This document shows, one piece after another, positions 39,409 through 50,443 of a stretch of 64,000 nt of DNA. The DNA is taken from assembly GCA_963668695.2 (NCBI GenBank), contig CAXXLQ010000001.1, forward strand, positions 64,001 through 128,000, in the 5' to 3' direction. Position 1 is the first letter of the stretch, and the number at the start of each line of letters is the position of its first letter. This stretch comes from Vicinamibacteria bacterium (GTDB lineage: Bacteria > Acidobacteriota > Vicinamibacteria > Marinacidobacterales > Marinacidobacteraceae). The position numbers and the translations under genes were made by a program. Under the pieces are notes generated by a model that saw nothing but the letters and a program-made list of their open reading frames with translations, was not told the DNA's origin and did not search any database.

Positions 39409-39659
39409 CAGCCCGTGAATGAAGTCAAGTGGCCCGGTTCTCCCGGTGGGGGCTCGGCCGGCGATGCATCCCGGCTGAACCGCCCCCCCACCGGGAGAAC
39501 TGGCGCTTCGCGTCGCTCATCGTTGCGCTTCAGTCGAAATACGCTGGGTATTCCTCCTTCGCGCGCCCTGTCAGCCGGGCCCCCACCGGGAGGACTGGCC
39601 CCACCGGGAGAACTGGGCCTCCCCGGTCTCGGCCCTCACATCACTCCATCCACGGGCTG
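39409..39659. mobile_element. Family A element (second, adjacent)
   Basis: cagcccgtgaatgaagt ... actccatccacgggctg; same internal modules; ends 5 bp before the icmF start. Confidence 0.7.
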
Positions 39660-39664
39660 TTGAG

Positions 39665-42600
39665 TTGAGCACGTCCGTCACCCTGTCCCCGGCCGGATCT
39701 CCGGCCTCCCGGGCCCCTTTCGATCCGCTCGCCGAGCTTCCGCTCCGCTTCATCACGGGGACCGCGCTGTTTGACGGTCACGATGCCTCGATCCATGTAT
39801 TCCGACGGTTGTTGCAGCGGAGTGGCGCCGAGGTCGTTCATCTTGGGCACAACCGAGCCGCCGGGGAGATAGCCGCCGCGGCGCTCGAGGAGGACGCGGA
39901 CGCCATCGCCGTGTCCTCCTACCAGGGGGGGCACAACGAGTTCTTCCGCTATCTGGTTGATCTGTTGCGGGAGGCGGGACGAGGCAACATCCGGGTCTTC
40001 GGTGGCGGCGGAGGAGTGATCCGCCCCGAAGAAGCGGCTGCCCTCGAGGCGTACGGGGTGGCGCGGATCTACTCGCCTGGGGACGATCGGGTGGACGGCA
40101 TCGAAGGCATCGTGGCCGACATGTTGGGAGACGCCGGCGAGGCCCGTGCCGCCCGTCCGCGGGCCTCCTTCGCTTCGCTCAGCGAGGATCTCGCGGGTGA
40201 GGATCCGCTTCGCCGGAACGGCGCGGCTGCCCGGCTGATCAGTTTGGCGGAAAGTGAGGGGCTTGACGCCGCCGACCGAGCCGCGCTCCCGGGGCACATT
40301 CGGTCGTCCGCTCCCGTACTGGGGATCACCGGTACGGGAGGCGCGGGAAAGAGTTCGGTCCTCGACGAATTACTCGTCAGATTCCGGACTGAACGACCGG
40401 ATCTGGGATCGGGGTCGGTGAGCCGGATCGGCGTGCTCGCGGTCGACCCTTCGAAGCGGCGAACCGGCGGTGCATTACTGGGAGACCGCATTCGGCTCAA
40501 CGCGATCGGGGGTACGGAGGTGTTCGTCCGGAGTCTGGCCACCCGCCACTCGGGGACGGAACTCGCCACCGTCGTGGACGACGCGCTGCTGATTCTGCGG
40601 GCTGCGGGCTGCGGTCTGCTGGTCGTGGAAACCGGGGGAATCGGGCAGGGCGATTCGCGAATCGTGGATATCAGCGATTTCTCCCTCTACGTGATGACCT
40701 CCGACTACGGCGCCGAGAGTCAGCTCGAAAAGATCGACATGCTGGACCTGGCGGACGCGGTGGCGCTGAACAAGGCCGATCATCCGGGCGCCGAGGATGC
40801 GCTCTTCGCGGTGCGGCGCGCCTTCCAGCGGGCTCGCTCACTTCCGCGCCACGCCCCGGCGCCCGTTCTGGCGACGGTGGCGAGCCGGTTTGCGGACCCG
40901 GGTCTCGACCGGCTCTACGCCGTCGTCCGGGAGGGACTGGCCGGAAGGGATACGGCGCTGCCGTCTCACGTCAGTGATCGTCCCGACGATCTGCTCGCCG
41001 ACGTGCGCCTCATCCCTCCGGCGCGGGCCGGCTACCTGGCCGAGATTGCCGATACGCTGCGAGGCGAGAGGGACCGGGTTGCCGCCGAGGCGGATCGGGC
41101 TGCGAGAATCGAGCACCTCGAGGCGGCACTCGATGAACTGCGCGCCGGCGGCGGCGCCGAGGAGGCCGTGCCGGCTTTGGAGGCACGCCTGCGGGAGGTC
41201 CGCGCCGAACTCGACCCCGAGAGCCGGGAGCTGCTGGCCGGGTGGTCCGATCTGGCGGCTCGCTATCGGGCGCCCCGCTACCGAACTCAGGTTCGGGACC
41301 GGGTGCGCGAGTTCGGTACCCACCGGGAAACTCTCTCCGGAACCCGGCTTCCGCGGGTCGCTCTTCCGGGCTTTACGGGCAATCGGGACAGGTTGCGCTT
41401 CCTTCTCGAAGAGAACCTGCCGGGCCACTACCCGTTTACCGCCGGAGTCTTCCCGTTCCGAAGAGAGGAAGAGAGTCCGCGGCGTCAATTCGCCGGGGAA
41501 GGCGGCCCGGGGCGCACCAACCGGAGGTTCCACCTGCTGGCCGATTCCGAAGCGGCGACGCGGCTCTCGGTCGCCTTCGACAGCGTGACCCTCTACGGAG
41601 ACGATCCTGCCCGGCGGCCGGACATCTTCGGAAAAATCGGCGAAGGGGGCGTGTCGATCGCCACCCTCGACGACATGTGCGAACTGTTCCGGGGGTTCCG
41701 CCTCACCGATCCGGCGACCAGCGTTTCCATGACCATCAACGGTCCGGCTCCGCTGATCCTCGCAATGTTCCTGAACGCCGCGGTACGGCAGGAGCTTCAG
41801 GCCTTCGAGGACGAGCACGAACGCCCGCCTTCCGCGGACGAGTCCGCAGAACTGAAAGCCGCGACCCTGAAGACGGTGCGCGGGACGGTGCAGGCCGACA
41901 TCCTCAAGGAGGACCAGGCTCAGAACACCTGCATCTTTTCCACCGGCTTCGCGCTTCGGCTGATGGGCGACGTCCAGGAGTTCTTCATCCGGAACGAGGT
42001 CCGCAACTTCTATTCGGTTTCCATTTCCGGGTACCACATCGCCGAGGCGGGGGCGAATCCCATCACGCAGCTCGCCTTCACCCTGGCCAACGGCTTCACC
42101 TACGTCGAGTACTACCTCGCCCGGGGTCTGCCGATCGACGCCTTCGCGCCGAACCTTTCCTTCTTCTTCAGCAACGGTCTCGATGCCGAGTACGCCGTCA
42201 TGGCCCGCGTGGCCCGGCGGATCTGGGCGCGCGCCATGAAGCTCCGCTACCGCGCCGGAGAGCGGAGCCAGAAATTCAAGGTCCACATCCAGACTTCGGG
42301 CCGTTCGCTCCACGCCCAGGAGGTGCAGTTCAACGACATCCGGACGACGCTTCAGGCGCTCGTCGCGACGAATGACAACTGCAACTCGCTCCATACCAAC
42401 GCCTACGACGAGGCCATCACCACTCCCACTCCGGAATCGGTGCGGCGGGCGGTGGCCATCCAGAAAATCATCCGCAACGAGTTCGGTATGGCCTGGAACG
42501 AGAATCCCTTGTCGGGTTCGTTCGTCGTCGCTCAGCTCACGGATCTCGTGGAGGAAGCGGTACTCGCGGAATTCGATCGTCTCAATGCCCGTGGCGGAGT

Positions 42601-42979
42601 GCTGGCGGCGATGGAGCGCCAGTACCAGCGAAACCGGATCCAGGAAGAGTCGCTCTTGTACGAGACCCGGAAAGACTCCGGCGAGATTCCGATCATCGGA
42701 GTGAACACCTTCCTGGCGGAGCCGGATTCCGGGTCTCCCGAACAGGTTCCGCTCGCGCGCTCCACACCGGAGGAGAAAGAGGACCAGGTGGCGCGGGTGG
42801 AGGCGTTTCGGCGACGCCACGGGGCGGCGGCGCCGGAAGCGCTCCGGAGGCTCAAGGAAGTGGCGCGTACCGGCGGCGATGTCTTCGCTGAACTGATGGA
42901 GACCGTACAGGTCACGAGCCTGGGTCAGATCACACAAGCGCTTTACGAGGTCGGCGGTCGCTACCGCCGGGCGATGTGA
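39665..42979 (+). CDS. icmF: Fused isobutyryl-CoA mutase/MeaB GTPase
   Basis: N-terminal B12 domain LFDGHDAS, GTPase GTGGAGKSS, mutase [34 protein letters not shown]; 1104 aa. Confidence 0.92.
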   Translation: MSTSVTLSPAGSPASRAPFDPLAELPLRFITGTALFDGHDASIHVFRRLLQRSGAEVVHLGHNRAAGEIAAAALEEDADAIAVSSYQGGHNEFFRYLVDLLREAGRGNIRVFGGGGGVIRPEEAAALEAYGVARIYSPGDDRVDGIEGIVADMLGDAGEARAARPRASFASLSEDLAGEDPLRRNGAAARLISLAESEGLDAADRAALPGHIRSSAPVLGITGTGGAGKSSVLDELLVRFRTERPDLGSGSVSRIGVLAVDPSKRRTGGALLGDRIRLNAIGGTEVFVRSLATRHSGTELATVVDDALLILRAAGCGLLVVETGGIGQGDSRIVDISDFSLYVMTSDYGAESQLEKIDMLDLADAVALNKADHPGAEDALFAVRRAFQRARSLPRHAPAPVLATVASRFADPGLDRLYAVVREGLAGRDTALPSHVSDRPDDLLADVRLIPPARAGYLAEIADTLRGERDRVAAEADRAARIEHLEAALDELRAGGGAEEAVPALEARLREVRAELDPESRELLAGWSDLAARYRAPRYRTQVRDRVREFGTHRETLSGTRLPRVALPGFTGNRDRLRFLLEENLPGHYPFTAGVFPFRREEESPRRQFAGEGGPGRTNRRFHLLADSEAATRLSVAFDSVTLYGDDPARRPDIFGKIGEGGVSIATLDDMCELFRGFRLTDPATSVSMTINGPAPLILAMFLNAAVRQELQAFEDEHERPPSADESAELKAATLKTVRGTVQADILKEDQAQNTCIFSTGFALRLMGDVQEFFIRNEVRNFYSVSISGYHIAEAGANPITQLAFTLANGFTYVEYYLARGLPIDAFAPNLSFFFSNGLDAEYAVMARVARRIWARAMKLRYRAGERSQKFKVHIQTSGRSLHAQEVQFNDIRTTLQALVATNDNCNSLHTNAYDEAITTPTPESVRRAVAIQKIIRNEFGMAWNENPLSGSFVVAQLTDLVEEAVLAEFDRLNARGGVLAAMERQYQRNRIQEESLLYETRKDSGEIPIIGVNTFLAEPDSGSPEQVPLARSTPEEKEDQVARVEAFRRRHGAAAPEALRRLKEVARTGGDVFAELMETVQVTSLGQITQALYEVGGRYRRAM

Positions 42980-43446
42980 GCGGCGTCTCGGGGCGTTCCA
43001 CCGGTGGTACGGCGGCCAACCCGCCGTACCGGATTCTGGTGGCGAAACCAGGCCTCGACGGGCACGACCGGGGTGCGCTGGTGGTCGCGAGGGCGCTCCG
43101 CGACGCGGGCTTTGAGGTCATCTACACCGGGCTGCGGAGAACACCCGAAGAAATTGTCGAAGCCGCGCTTCAGGAAGATGTGGAGGCGGTCGGTGTCTCC
43201 ATTCTCTCGGGTGCTCATCGCCCGCTGGTCCGTCGGATCCTCGAGGGACTCGCGCAGCACGGACTCGCGGACGTACCGGTCTTCGTCGGCGGCCTCATTC
43301 CGGATCGCGACGTGGCATATCTCCGCGAGATCGGAGTCGCGGAGGTGTTCGGACCCGATACCCCGACTTCCGAGGCGGCCCGGGCCCTCGGTTTGCGGCT
43401 CGCCGAGCTTCGCCTCCGTCGGGCCGTGCCGGGCTCCGATTCCTGA
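42976..43446 (+). CDS. Stand-alone cobalamin-binding domain (acyl-CoA mutase small subunit)
   Basis: [31 protein letters not shown]. Confidence 0.92.
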   Translation: MSGVSGRSTGGTAANPPYRILVAKPGLDGHDRGALVVARALRDAGFEVIYTGLRRTPEEIVEAALQEDVEAVGVSILSGAHRPLVRRILEGLAQHGLADVPVFVGGLIPDRDVAYLREIGVAEVFGPDTPTSEAARALGLRLAELRLRRAVPGSDS

Positions 43447-43465
43447 CGGCCCGTTGCCCACCGGA

Positions 43466-44410
43466 GTGACCGAGCCCGCTTCCGCAGTGTCGAAACCGAC
43501 CGCCGCGTCCTTTCCTTCAGAAGTCACACCCAAACGGTGGCGGGAAGCCATCCTTGACGCCACGGGAAGGCGGCCGGCGCCGTTTTTGGGCATCTGGCGG
43601 CGCGCTTCGTCCACGAACGAGCTCGCAAAGGCGGTGGCCCTCGACGCCGGAGCGGTTCGCTGTGCCGGGAGCGTGCTGATCGCCGAATCGCAGACCCACG
43701 GGAAGGGACGTTTTGGCCGAACCTGGGTGTCGCCACCCGGCGGGCTCTATCTGAGCGTACTCGTCGAGCCCCCCGTTCTTTCGGGCGGGGATCCGGCGTA
43801 CCCGCTGACCTTGCTGCCGCTCGCGGCCGGAGTCGCGCTGGCGCAGGCGGTGCGGCGGGTTGCGGGAGTCTCCGCCGCGCTTCGGTGGCCGAATGATCTG
43901 GATTGGAAGGACAGGAAGGTCGCCGGGGTCCTCGCCGAGGTCGGCTTCCGGCGGGACTGCCCGCACCTTGCGGTCATCGGTTTCGGGGTCAATCTGACTC
44001 CGGTCTCGCTTTCCGAGTCCGGGGACCGGAAAGTCGCGCGCCCGGCCCCCCGGTCCGCAGCCCGACCTCCGGGTTGGCTTCCCGAAGGTGTGGATAAGGT
44101 GGAGCTGGCCCACGCTCTGGTGACCTCATTGCGACACAGCATCAACGTGCTCGAGGAGGATCCGGGGTCGCTCCGGGCGGCCTGGGAGTCGCTCAGCCCG
44201 ACCGCGAGGGGGTGCCGCTGTGAGGTTCGGCTCGGTGGTCCCCGAGGCGTGCTGGGGGAGACAGACGGGCTGGCCCCGGAAGGAGGTCTGCGGGTCAGGA
44301 CCGACGGCGGGGCTGTCCGGGTGGTAACCGCGAGCGAAGCGCTCCGGATCCTCCATGGCCCCTCAGGCGGTTCGTGCCGCGAATCCCAACTTCCCACGTC
44401 CGGCTGCTGA
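43466..44410 (+). CDS. birA: Biotin--protein ligase
   Basis: SSTN, QTHGKGRFGRTWVSP, RWPND, KVAGVL; start approximate. Confidence 0.88.
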   Translation: MTEPASAVSKPTAASFPSEVTPKRWREAILDATGRRPAPFLGIWRRASSTNELAKAVALDAGAVRCAGSVLIAESQTHGKGRFGRTWVSPPGGLYLSVLVEPPVLSGGDPAYPLTLLPLAAGVALAQAVRRVAGVSAALRWPNDLDWKDRKVAGVLAEVGFRRDCPHLAVIGFGVNLTPVSLSESGDRKVARPAPRSAARPPGWLPEGVDKVELAHALVTSLRHSINVLEEDPGSLRAAWESLSPTARGCRCEVRLGGPRGVLGETDGLAPEGGLRVRTDGGAVRVVTASEALRILHGPSGGSCRESQLPTSGC

Positions 44411-45092
44411 AGTGACCCCGCGGGCCTCTCCCGACTACTTTCGGGCCGTCGAACGAACTTTCCTCGACCATAAAGGAGGCGGGATGTTCATCGCCCCGGC
44501 CGATTGGGATGTCGTGCGCGGCTGGGAAGAGCGGGGGATTCCCCTGGATGTCGTGCTCTTGGGGATCCGCACCGCGTTTTCGGGGTGGACTCGCGCGCCT
44601 TCCCGGATGTCGCTCGGGGAGTGCTCCGCGGCCGTAGAGGCCGGGTTTGACGCGCTGCGCATGCGGCGCTCCGGCGCTGGCAGCCGCTCCCGGGAGGACA
44701 ACACCGAGGTCCGGCATCGCCTCGCGCAACTCGCGGATCAGCTTCGGAAATGGTCTCCCGCGCCAGGGGCCCTCCCGGATGAGAAGACCGCCGCCGAACT
44801 GGTCGCCGCGGCTTGCGAAGCCGCGGCGGAACTCGATCGTCTCGGGAGGGACGAGGGCGCTTCGGCCGGAGCCGAGCGAGCGCTCGACGGGATTCAAGAC
44901 GCTCTTCTGATCCGGCTGCAGGCGGCGCTTCCGGACGCCACCCTCGGGGAGATCGAGAGCGCGGTGCGCAACAAACTCGAGCCGTATCGGAGACGCATGC
45001 CGGAATCCACCTGGCGGGAGACTTACGAACAGGCGGTCCGTCGACGGGTGGGACAGGTCTTGGGCTTCGGACCGCTGACCCTCTTCGAATAG
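44355..45092 (+). CDS. Conserved-looking hypothetical protein
   Basis: Fills the birA-comEC gap in the same orientation; helical motif YFRAVE...DWDVVRGWEERGIPLDVVLLGI; alternative start GTG 44412. Confidence 0.7.
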   Translation: MAPQAVRAANPNFPRPAAEVTPRASPDYFRAVERTFLDHKGGGMFIAPADWDVVRGWEERGIPLDVVLLGIRTAFSGWTRAPSRMSLGECSAAVEAGFDALRMRRSGAGSRSREDNTEVRHRLAQLADQLRKWSPAPGALPDEKTAAELVAAACEAAAELDRLGRDEGASAGAERALDGIQDALLIRLQAALPDATLGEIESAVRNKLEPYRRRMPESTWRETYEQAVRRRVGQVLGFGPLTLFE

Positions 45093-45106
45093 GGGACGGG
45101 CGTCCG

Positions 45107-47671
45107 GTGGAGATCAGCAATCCCCACCTTCCCGAAACCCGGACCGAACCCCCGGCCGGCCCTTCCGAGGGAGCGCCCACCGCCCGAACCGCGCCCACCG
45201 CCCGAACCGCGCCTGCCCCGCTGCTCCTGCTGGCCGCCTCTTTCTGGGCAGGGGTCGCTGCTTCTGCGGTGATGCCCGGACCGCCGGTGTGGCCGCGATT
45301 CCTGCTGGGCGCACTGTTTGTGCTCGGGGCCGGCCTGCTCGCCCCGAGTCTGCTGGCTGAGAACCCACTTCGGCGGCGCCGGGGAGGCCGGCTCTCCGGG
45401 GCCCCCGCCGGCATCAAGACGGGGCTCCTGCTGGTAGCGGCATTTGTGGCTGGCGCCCTCAATCGTCCCGCTCCCGGAGCGGTGTCGCCCCTCGCCGAGA
45501 CCGTCCGCGCTCTGGGTGCCGAACGCCTGGCACGCCCCGTCCGGCTCGAGGGAGTCCTGCTGTACGACGCGGAAGATTCCGGTCGTCGCACCTCGATCGC
45601 TCTGAAGGTGGATCGGCTGGCCGCCAACCGCCAGGAATGGCCGGTGCGCGGGGAGGCGCGGATCACCGTGGACGGCAATCACCGGGAGCACCTCCGAAGG
45701 CTTTCCCGAGGCACGCGAATCTCCATCTGGTCGCGGGTTTCCGAACCGCGCCCGCGGGGAAACCCGGGGGGGCGCGAGATTCGGGGGCCGGTCGCCCTCT
45801 TCGGCTCCACCAAGAGCGGAGTGCTGGTCCGGGAAGTCGCACCGGGGCCGGCGCCCTGGCGAGCATTGCAGGTTCTCAGAGCCCGGAGCCGGGAGCGCCT
45901 CCAGAGTGGAGGCTTCCCCGACGACGTGCTGGCGGTCGTGGCAGCGATGCTCATCGGAGATCGCACCCTGGCTCCGCCGGAGACGGAGCGGGCCTTCCGG
46001 GACGCGGGAACGCTTCACCTGATGGCGGTCAGCGGGCTCCACGTGGGACTGCTCAGCCTGCTGATCTATGGAATGGCGGTACTGGTCGGCGTACCGCGCC
46101 GGAAGGCGCTCGCGATTCTGTTGTTCGCGCTTCCGCTCTACGCCGCGCTCTGCGGAGCGCGCCCTTCGGTGGTGCGCGCTGTCCTGATGGCGACGGTCGT
46201 GATCCTGGGGTTGCGCCGCGGACTCTTTGGAGAGGCCATGAACGGGCTGGGGCTGGCCGCCTTGGTTTTGCTCGCCTGGTCGCCGTGGAACGCACTCGAC
46301 GCGGGGTTCCAGCTCAGCTTCGCCGCCACCCTGGGGATCATCGCCGCCTTCCGTCCGGAAGACCCCGCCGAAGTCTCGTGGGAACGCCCGGGCCGCTGGC
46401 GCGCCTGGATTCTGGTTCCGTTGGGTGTCACGGTCGCGGCGCAGCTCGCTACCTTCCCCATCCTCGCCTGGCATTTCGGCCGGGTCGTGTTCGGCGGGCT
46501 GCTGATCGCCGTTCCGGCCGGTCTGTTGGCGGGACCGGTTCTCGGTCTTGGGTTCGCCTGGCTGGCGCTTGCCGGGACCGGACTTCCGGCGGACGCCGTG
46601 GGCGCGCTTCTCACGATTGCCACCGAGGCTCTCATCGGGCTGAGCGAATGGGGCGCCGGGCTTTCGTTCGGCGCCTTTCCCGTGGCCCGCCCGGCGTTTA
46701 TCTGGCTCCTGGCATGGCTGGGAACGGCGATCGTCGTCCTGACGCTCCGCGGTAGGCGAAGAATCCTGCCGGCCGCGCTCATCGTTCTCCTTGGTCTGGC
46801 CACGCTGCCGCTCTCGGAGCCTGCGGACGGGACACTTCGGCTCACCGCGCTGGATGTGGGGATGGGTGACGCGCTGGTTCTTGGCCTCCCCGCCGGCGGT
46901 GCGGTACTCCTCGACGCGGGTACTGCATTCGATGGATGGAGCGCCGGCGAGGCGATCGTTACTCCGTTCCTGGCCGAAATGGGCTACCGGCGTCTCCGGG
47001 CCGCCGTTCCCACCCACGGGGATCTGGATCACGTTGGTGGTTTCCCGGCAGTGTTCCGCAACTTCAGAGTGGACGAACTCTGGGAAGGCGGAGGGACCGT
47101 GGAGGATCGTCGCACCGCGGTCGGGCAGATACACCGCGAGCGGGTGCGGCGGGGGATTCCGCTGCGGCGCCTTAGAGCCGGGGAGCGTTTCGAGTTGGGC
47201 GGCGCCCGGTTCTCGGTGCTTGCCTCCGGCGACCACCGGCCCGGGCCGCGAGAGCGGTCCAACGAGCGCTCGGTCGTGCTGGCCGTGGACTACGCCGGAA
47301 AGCGGCTTCTTCTCACCGGCGACGCCGGGGAGGCAACCGAGCGGGTTTTGCTGGACCGCTATGGCGCGGCTCTGCGTTCGGATGTGCTCAAGGTCGGTCA
47401 TCACGGCAGCCGCTCTTCCACGACGCCGGAGTTCCTCGCCGCGGTAGCCCCCCAGGTGGCGCTCGTTTCGGTCCGCGCCGATCCCAGACGGCGTCTTCCG
47501 GATGACGGCGTGCTGGAGCGCCTCAGCAGAAGCGGCGCCCAGATCTACCGGACCGATCTATCCGGTGCGGTGACCGTCGCCATCGGCGCGGACGGCCGCA
47601 TTTCCGTGAGCACGTTCCGTCCCGAAGGAGCGCCAGGAGCGCCGGTCCGCAGACCGGCATCGCGGCCGTAG
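45107..47671 (+). CDS. comEC: DNA uptake protein ComEC/Rec2
   Basis: NPGG, GTLHLMAVSGLHV, RPSVVRA, GFQLSF; metallo-beta-lactamase domain LDVGMGD, THGDLDH, KVGHHGS. Confidence 0.93.
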   Translation: MEISNPHLPETRTEPPAGPSEGAPTARTAPTARTAPAPLLLLAASFWAGVAASAVMPGPPVWPRFLLGALFVLGAGLLAPSLLAENPLRRRRGGRLSGAPAGIKTGLLLVAAFVAGALNRPAPGAVSPLAETVRALGAERLARPVRLEGVLLYDAEDSGRRTSIALKVDRLAANRQEWPVRGEARITVDGNHREHLRRLSRGTRISIWSRVSEPRPRGNPGGREIRGPVALFGSTKSGVLVREVAPGPAPWRALQVLRARSRERLQSGGFPDDVLAVVAAMLIGDRTLAPPETERAFRDAGTLHLMAVSGLHVGLLSLLIYGMAVLVGVPRRKALAILLFALPLYAALCGARPSVVRAVLMATVVILGLRRGLFGEAMNGLGLAALVLLAWSPWNALDAGFQLSFAATLGIIAAFRPEDPAEVSWERPGRWRAWILVPLGVTVAAQLATFPILAWHFGRVVFGGLLIAVPAGLLAGPVLGLGFAWLALAGTGLPADAVGALLTIATEALIGLSEWGAGLSFGAFPVARPAFIWLLAWLGTAIVVLTLRGRRRILPAALIVLLGLATLPLSEPADGTLRLTALDVGMGDALVLGLPAGGAVLLDAGTAFDGWSAGEAIVTPFLAEMGYRRLRAAVPTHGDLDHVGGFPAVFRNFRVDELWEGGGTVEDRRTAVGQIHRERVRRGIPLRRLRAGERFELGGARFSVLASGDHRPGPRERSNERSVVLAVDYAGKRLLLTGDAGEATERVLLDRYGAALRSDVLKVGHHGSRSSTTPEFLAAVAPQVALVSVRADPRRRLPDDGVLERLSRSGAQIYRTDLSGAVTVAIGADGRISVSTFRPEGAPGAPVRRPASRP

Positions 47672-47835
47672 GCCGCGAGACTCACACCACCACCCTCGCC
47701 CATTGCCCGGATCCGTCCGGGGACGGCGAAGCGAACCCCGTGTTTCCTCCCGGTGGGGGCTCCTCCCTCGCCGTTGCCAGCGGGACGCCTCGCCCCCACC
47801 GGGAGAACTGGCCGCTGATGTCACATTGTCCACCC

Positions 47836-48540
47836 TCAGGGCATGCGGCGAACCGCGTTCCGGAGAGCCGATTCGGGATCCAATCCATCCTGCCGGGCTC
47901 CCCGCGCGACCGCCAGCAGGAGGTCGCCGAGGGCCGTCTCGACTGCGTCTCGATCTTCGGCCCGCCGCGCGGCCTTCATCTTCGTGAGTGCGGCGAGAAT
48001 GGCGTCCTGGTCCGGCCCGTCCCCCTGGCTGGAGGCCGCTGTGCGTTCGATGGCCTTCATAGCAAGCAACAGCGCCGGAAGACCCCGGGGCAGGGGACCT
48101 CGTTCCGCGGGGCGTCCGGACTTTTCGGAGGCCTTGATCGCTTCCCAGCTCGCGAGTGCTTCGTCCGCATTCGAGGCGCGCTCCTGCCCTCCGAAGACGT
48201 GGGGGTGGCGGCGGATCAACTTGCGCGTGATCCCGCGGGCCACCTCCGCCATGCCGAAACGGCCCTCCTCATGGGCGATCTGAGCCATGAAGACCACCTC
48301 GAGCAGCAGGTCACCACACTCCTCGAGGACGGCAGACGGATCCTCGCGGTCCACGGCGTCCACCAATTCGTGTGCTTCCTCAAGCACATAGCGGCGCAGG
48401 GATTGCCAGGTCTGCTCCCGGTCCCAGGGGCAGCCCTCCTGGGCCCGCAGCTTCGCCATCACTTCGATCAGGCCGGCAACCTCGGCGGCGCCGGCGGCTG
48501 CGGGTTCAGGGACTCGGGAGATGTCTCTTGGATTCTTCAT
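47836..48540 (-). CDS. mazG: MazG nucleoside triphosphate pyrophosphohydrolase
   Basis: GCPWDREQT, EEAHE, EECGDLL, KLIRRHPHVF; second domain shortened. Confidence 0.9.
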   Translation of the reverse strand: MKNPRDISRVPEPAAAGAAEVAGLIEVMAKLRAQEGCPWDREQTWQSLRRYVLEEAHELVDAVDREDPSAVLEECGDLLLEVVFMAQIAHEEGRFGMAEVARGITRKLIRRHPHVFGGQERASNADEALASWEAIKASEKSGRPAERGPLPRGLPALLLAMKAIERTAASSQGDGPDQDAILAALTKMKAARRAEDRDAVETALGDLLLAVARGARQDGLDPESALRNAVRRMP

Positions 48541-48546
48541 GAGGGG

Positions 48547-48834
48547 GCCCGAGTGTATTGCGAGCGAAGCGCAACGATGAGCCACGCGAAGCCGGGCGGT
48601 TCAGCCGGGATGCATCGCCGCTCGGGCTTCCGTAGCGGGGCGCGAGCACCGCGGAGACCCCGGAGCGGAAGGGACGGGTGGCGGGGCTACCCGACCCCCA
48701 TCCCTTCTGGCTCGGGCTTCCGTAGCGGGGCGCGAGCACCGCGGAGACCCCGGAGCGAGAGGGATGGGGGACGGGGACACCCGGCCCCGATCCCTCTTGA
48801 CTCGGGAATGCCGCCGGACTTTGTTCACCGGCTG
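48547..48834. mobile_element. Family A element, reverse-complement of the 25534-26108 type, 2 x 90-bp units, one end missing
   Basis: Units at 48620/48710; end gactttgttcaccggctg. The other end is not found before the mazG start. Confidence 0.7.
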
Positions 48835-48939
48835 TTCACCGCCAACTGCCGTTTCAAGACGGCAATCGGCTCGCAGACCGCGTGACGGGACTAGGATTCC
48901 CGTAGGCGAGCCGCTTTTTCACCGCGGCCCCGACACCGG

Positions 48940-49416
48940 ATGAGTGAAGAGGAGAGATCTCCGCGAATTGTTGTCAGGGACCGCCGTGCCTTTGCGCCCG
49001 ACGGTTCCCGCCGCGCGGATGCGGATCCGCGGAACGAGACGCCTGCTTCCACCCCCTTGCTTGGGGCTCAACCGGGCGCCTCGACCGGGCCTCCCTCCGG
49101 GCCCGCCGGGTCGGCTGCGGACCCGGGTCCCGCACCCGAGGAAGACCCTCGGTTCAAACAACTCATATCCCTGCTCTTTTCCCAGGCCGCGGTGCTTCTG
49201 GAGGAGACTTCCGGGGCAGGCGGCAAGTCCGGATCGGCGACCGGCCCGCAGCAAGCCGAAGCGCTGCAGGGACTCCAGGCGGTGATCGGCCTGCTGGAGG
49301 TACTCGAAGAAAAAACCAGAGGTCGCCTCGCTCCCGGTGACGCCCGTCTGGTTTCTCAGGCCCTCTACCAGTTGCGGATCGCCTACATGGAACGCGCGAA
49401 GGCGCCCGGCGCATGA
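48940..49416 (+). CDS. DUF1844-like protein
   Basis: IVVRDRR N-terminus, FKQLISLL, IGLLEVLEEKTRGRL...LYQLRIAY. Confidence 0.75.
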   Translation: MSEEERSPRIVVRDRRAFAPDGSRRADADPRNETPASTPLLGAQPGASTGPPSGPAGSAADPGPAPEEDPRFKQLISLLFSQAAVLLEETSGAGGKSGSATGPQQAEALQGLQAVIGLLEVLEEKTRGRLAPGDARLVSQALYQLRIAYMERAKAPGA

Positions 49417-50414
49417 GAATCGAGCGGCTTCACGAACTGCCAACTGCGTCTCGTCACTCCAGTGAGGGCAGGGGCGGCGGTGCGGCGGGATCAGCGGTGG
49501 TTACCGTTGGGAACTTTGACGGAGTCCACCGCGGTCACCAGGCGGGCCTTGACCTGGCCCGACAGGAAGCGCGGAGACACCGCGCCGAGTGCGTCGCGGT
49601 TACTTTCGATCCTCATCCTGCTCGCCTGCTGCGGCCAGACCGGGCGCCCAGAACAATCACCAGTCTTCCCCTGAAGGCCGAGCGGCTGGCCGCCGCCGGC
49701 GTCGAACGTCTGGTGGTGCTCGAGTTCGGCGAGGCGATGGCGCGGACGTCGCCCGCCGACTTCGTAAATCGACTTCTGATCGGCCGGCTCGGAGCCGCCG
49801 CCGTGGTCCAGGGGGCGAACTTCCGGTTCGGCCGCGGCCGGACCGGGAGTCTGGAGACGCTTCGTGACCTTGGTGAGCGCCACGGCTTCTCGGTGATCGA
49901 AGCGCCGTCGGTGACGTGGGAAAGGGAGATCGTTTCGTCGACCAGGATTCGTCGGGCGCTTACTGCCGGTGAGCTCGATTTGGCGACGAACCTCCTGGGT
50001 TGGTCGTATGAGATCGAGGGCTCGGTGGTTCCGGGACGGGGGCGGGGTCGCGGCCTCGGTTTCCCGACCGCGAACATTTCCGCCGACAGCGACGTGCTGC
50101 TGCCTCACGGGGTGTACGCCGCGGATGCCGTAACCGCTCCCGAGGGGCATCTCTTCCGGGCGGTGGTCCACTACGGCCCGCGGCCCACCTTCGACGATTC
50201 TCCTTCGCTGGAGGTGCACATGATGGGATTCTCCGGTGGGGTGTCCCGCCTCCGGGTGCGCTTCCTGTCCCATCTGCGAGAGGTCCGGGGTTTCGCCGGG
50301 CCGGAAGCCCTGCGGAGACAACTTGAACGCGATGTGGCGCGAGCTCGTGATCTGGTCGCGTTGCCTGCGCCCGAGGCGTTGCCTCGGGCTGCGGAGGCGG
50401 TACTTGCCGGGTAG
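49413..50414 (+). CDS. ribF: Bifunctional riboflavin kinase/FAD synthetase
   Basis: GNFDGVHRGH, TFDPHP, FRFG, VSSTRIR, GRGLGFPTAN, RPTF. Confidence 0.95.
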   Translation: MRIERLHELPTASRHSSEGRGGGAAGSAVVTVGNFDGVHRGHQAGLDLARQEARRHRAECVAVTFDPHPARLLRPDRAPRTITSLPLKAERLAAAGVERLVVLEFGEAMARTSPADFVNRLLIGRLGAAAVVQGANFRFGRGRTGSLETLRDLGERHGFSVIEAPSVTWEREIVSSTRIRRALTAGELDLATNLLGWSYEIEGSVVPGRGRGRGLGFPTANISADSDVLLPHGVYAADAVTAPEGHLFRAVVHYGPRPTFDDSPSLEVHMMGFSGGVSRLRVRFLSHLREVRGFAGPEALRRQLERDVARARDLVALPAPEALPRAAEAVLAG

Positions 50415-50443
50415 ACGCGCCCCTGCGTCGGAGATGCTTTCCC

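Noticed and set aside
44090-44098. Perfect DnaA box / oriC
   Set aside because: Single copy inside the birA coding sequence, with no box cluster, AT-rich unwinding element or dnaA gene.
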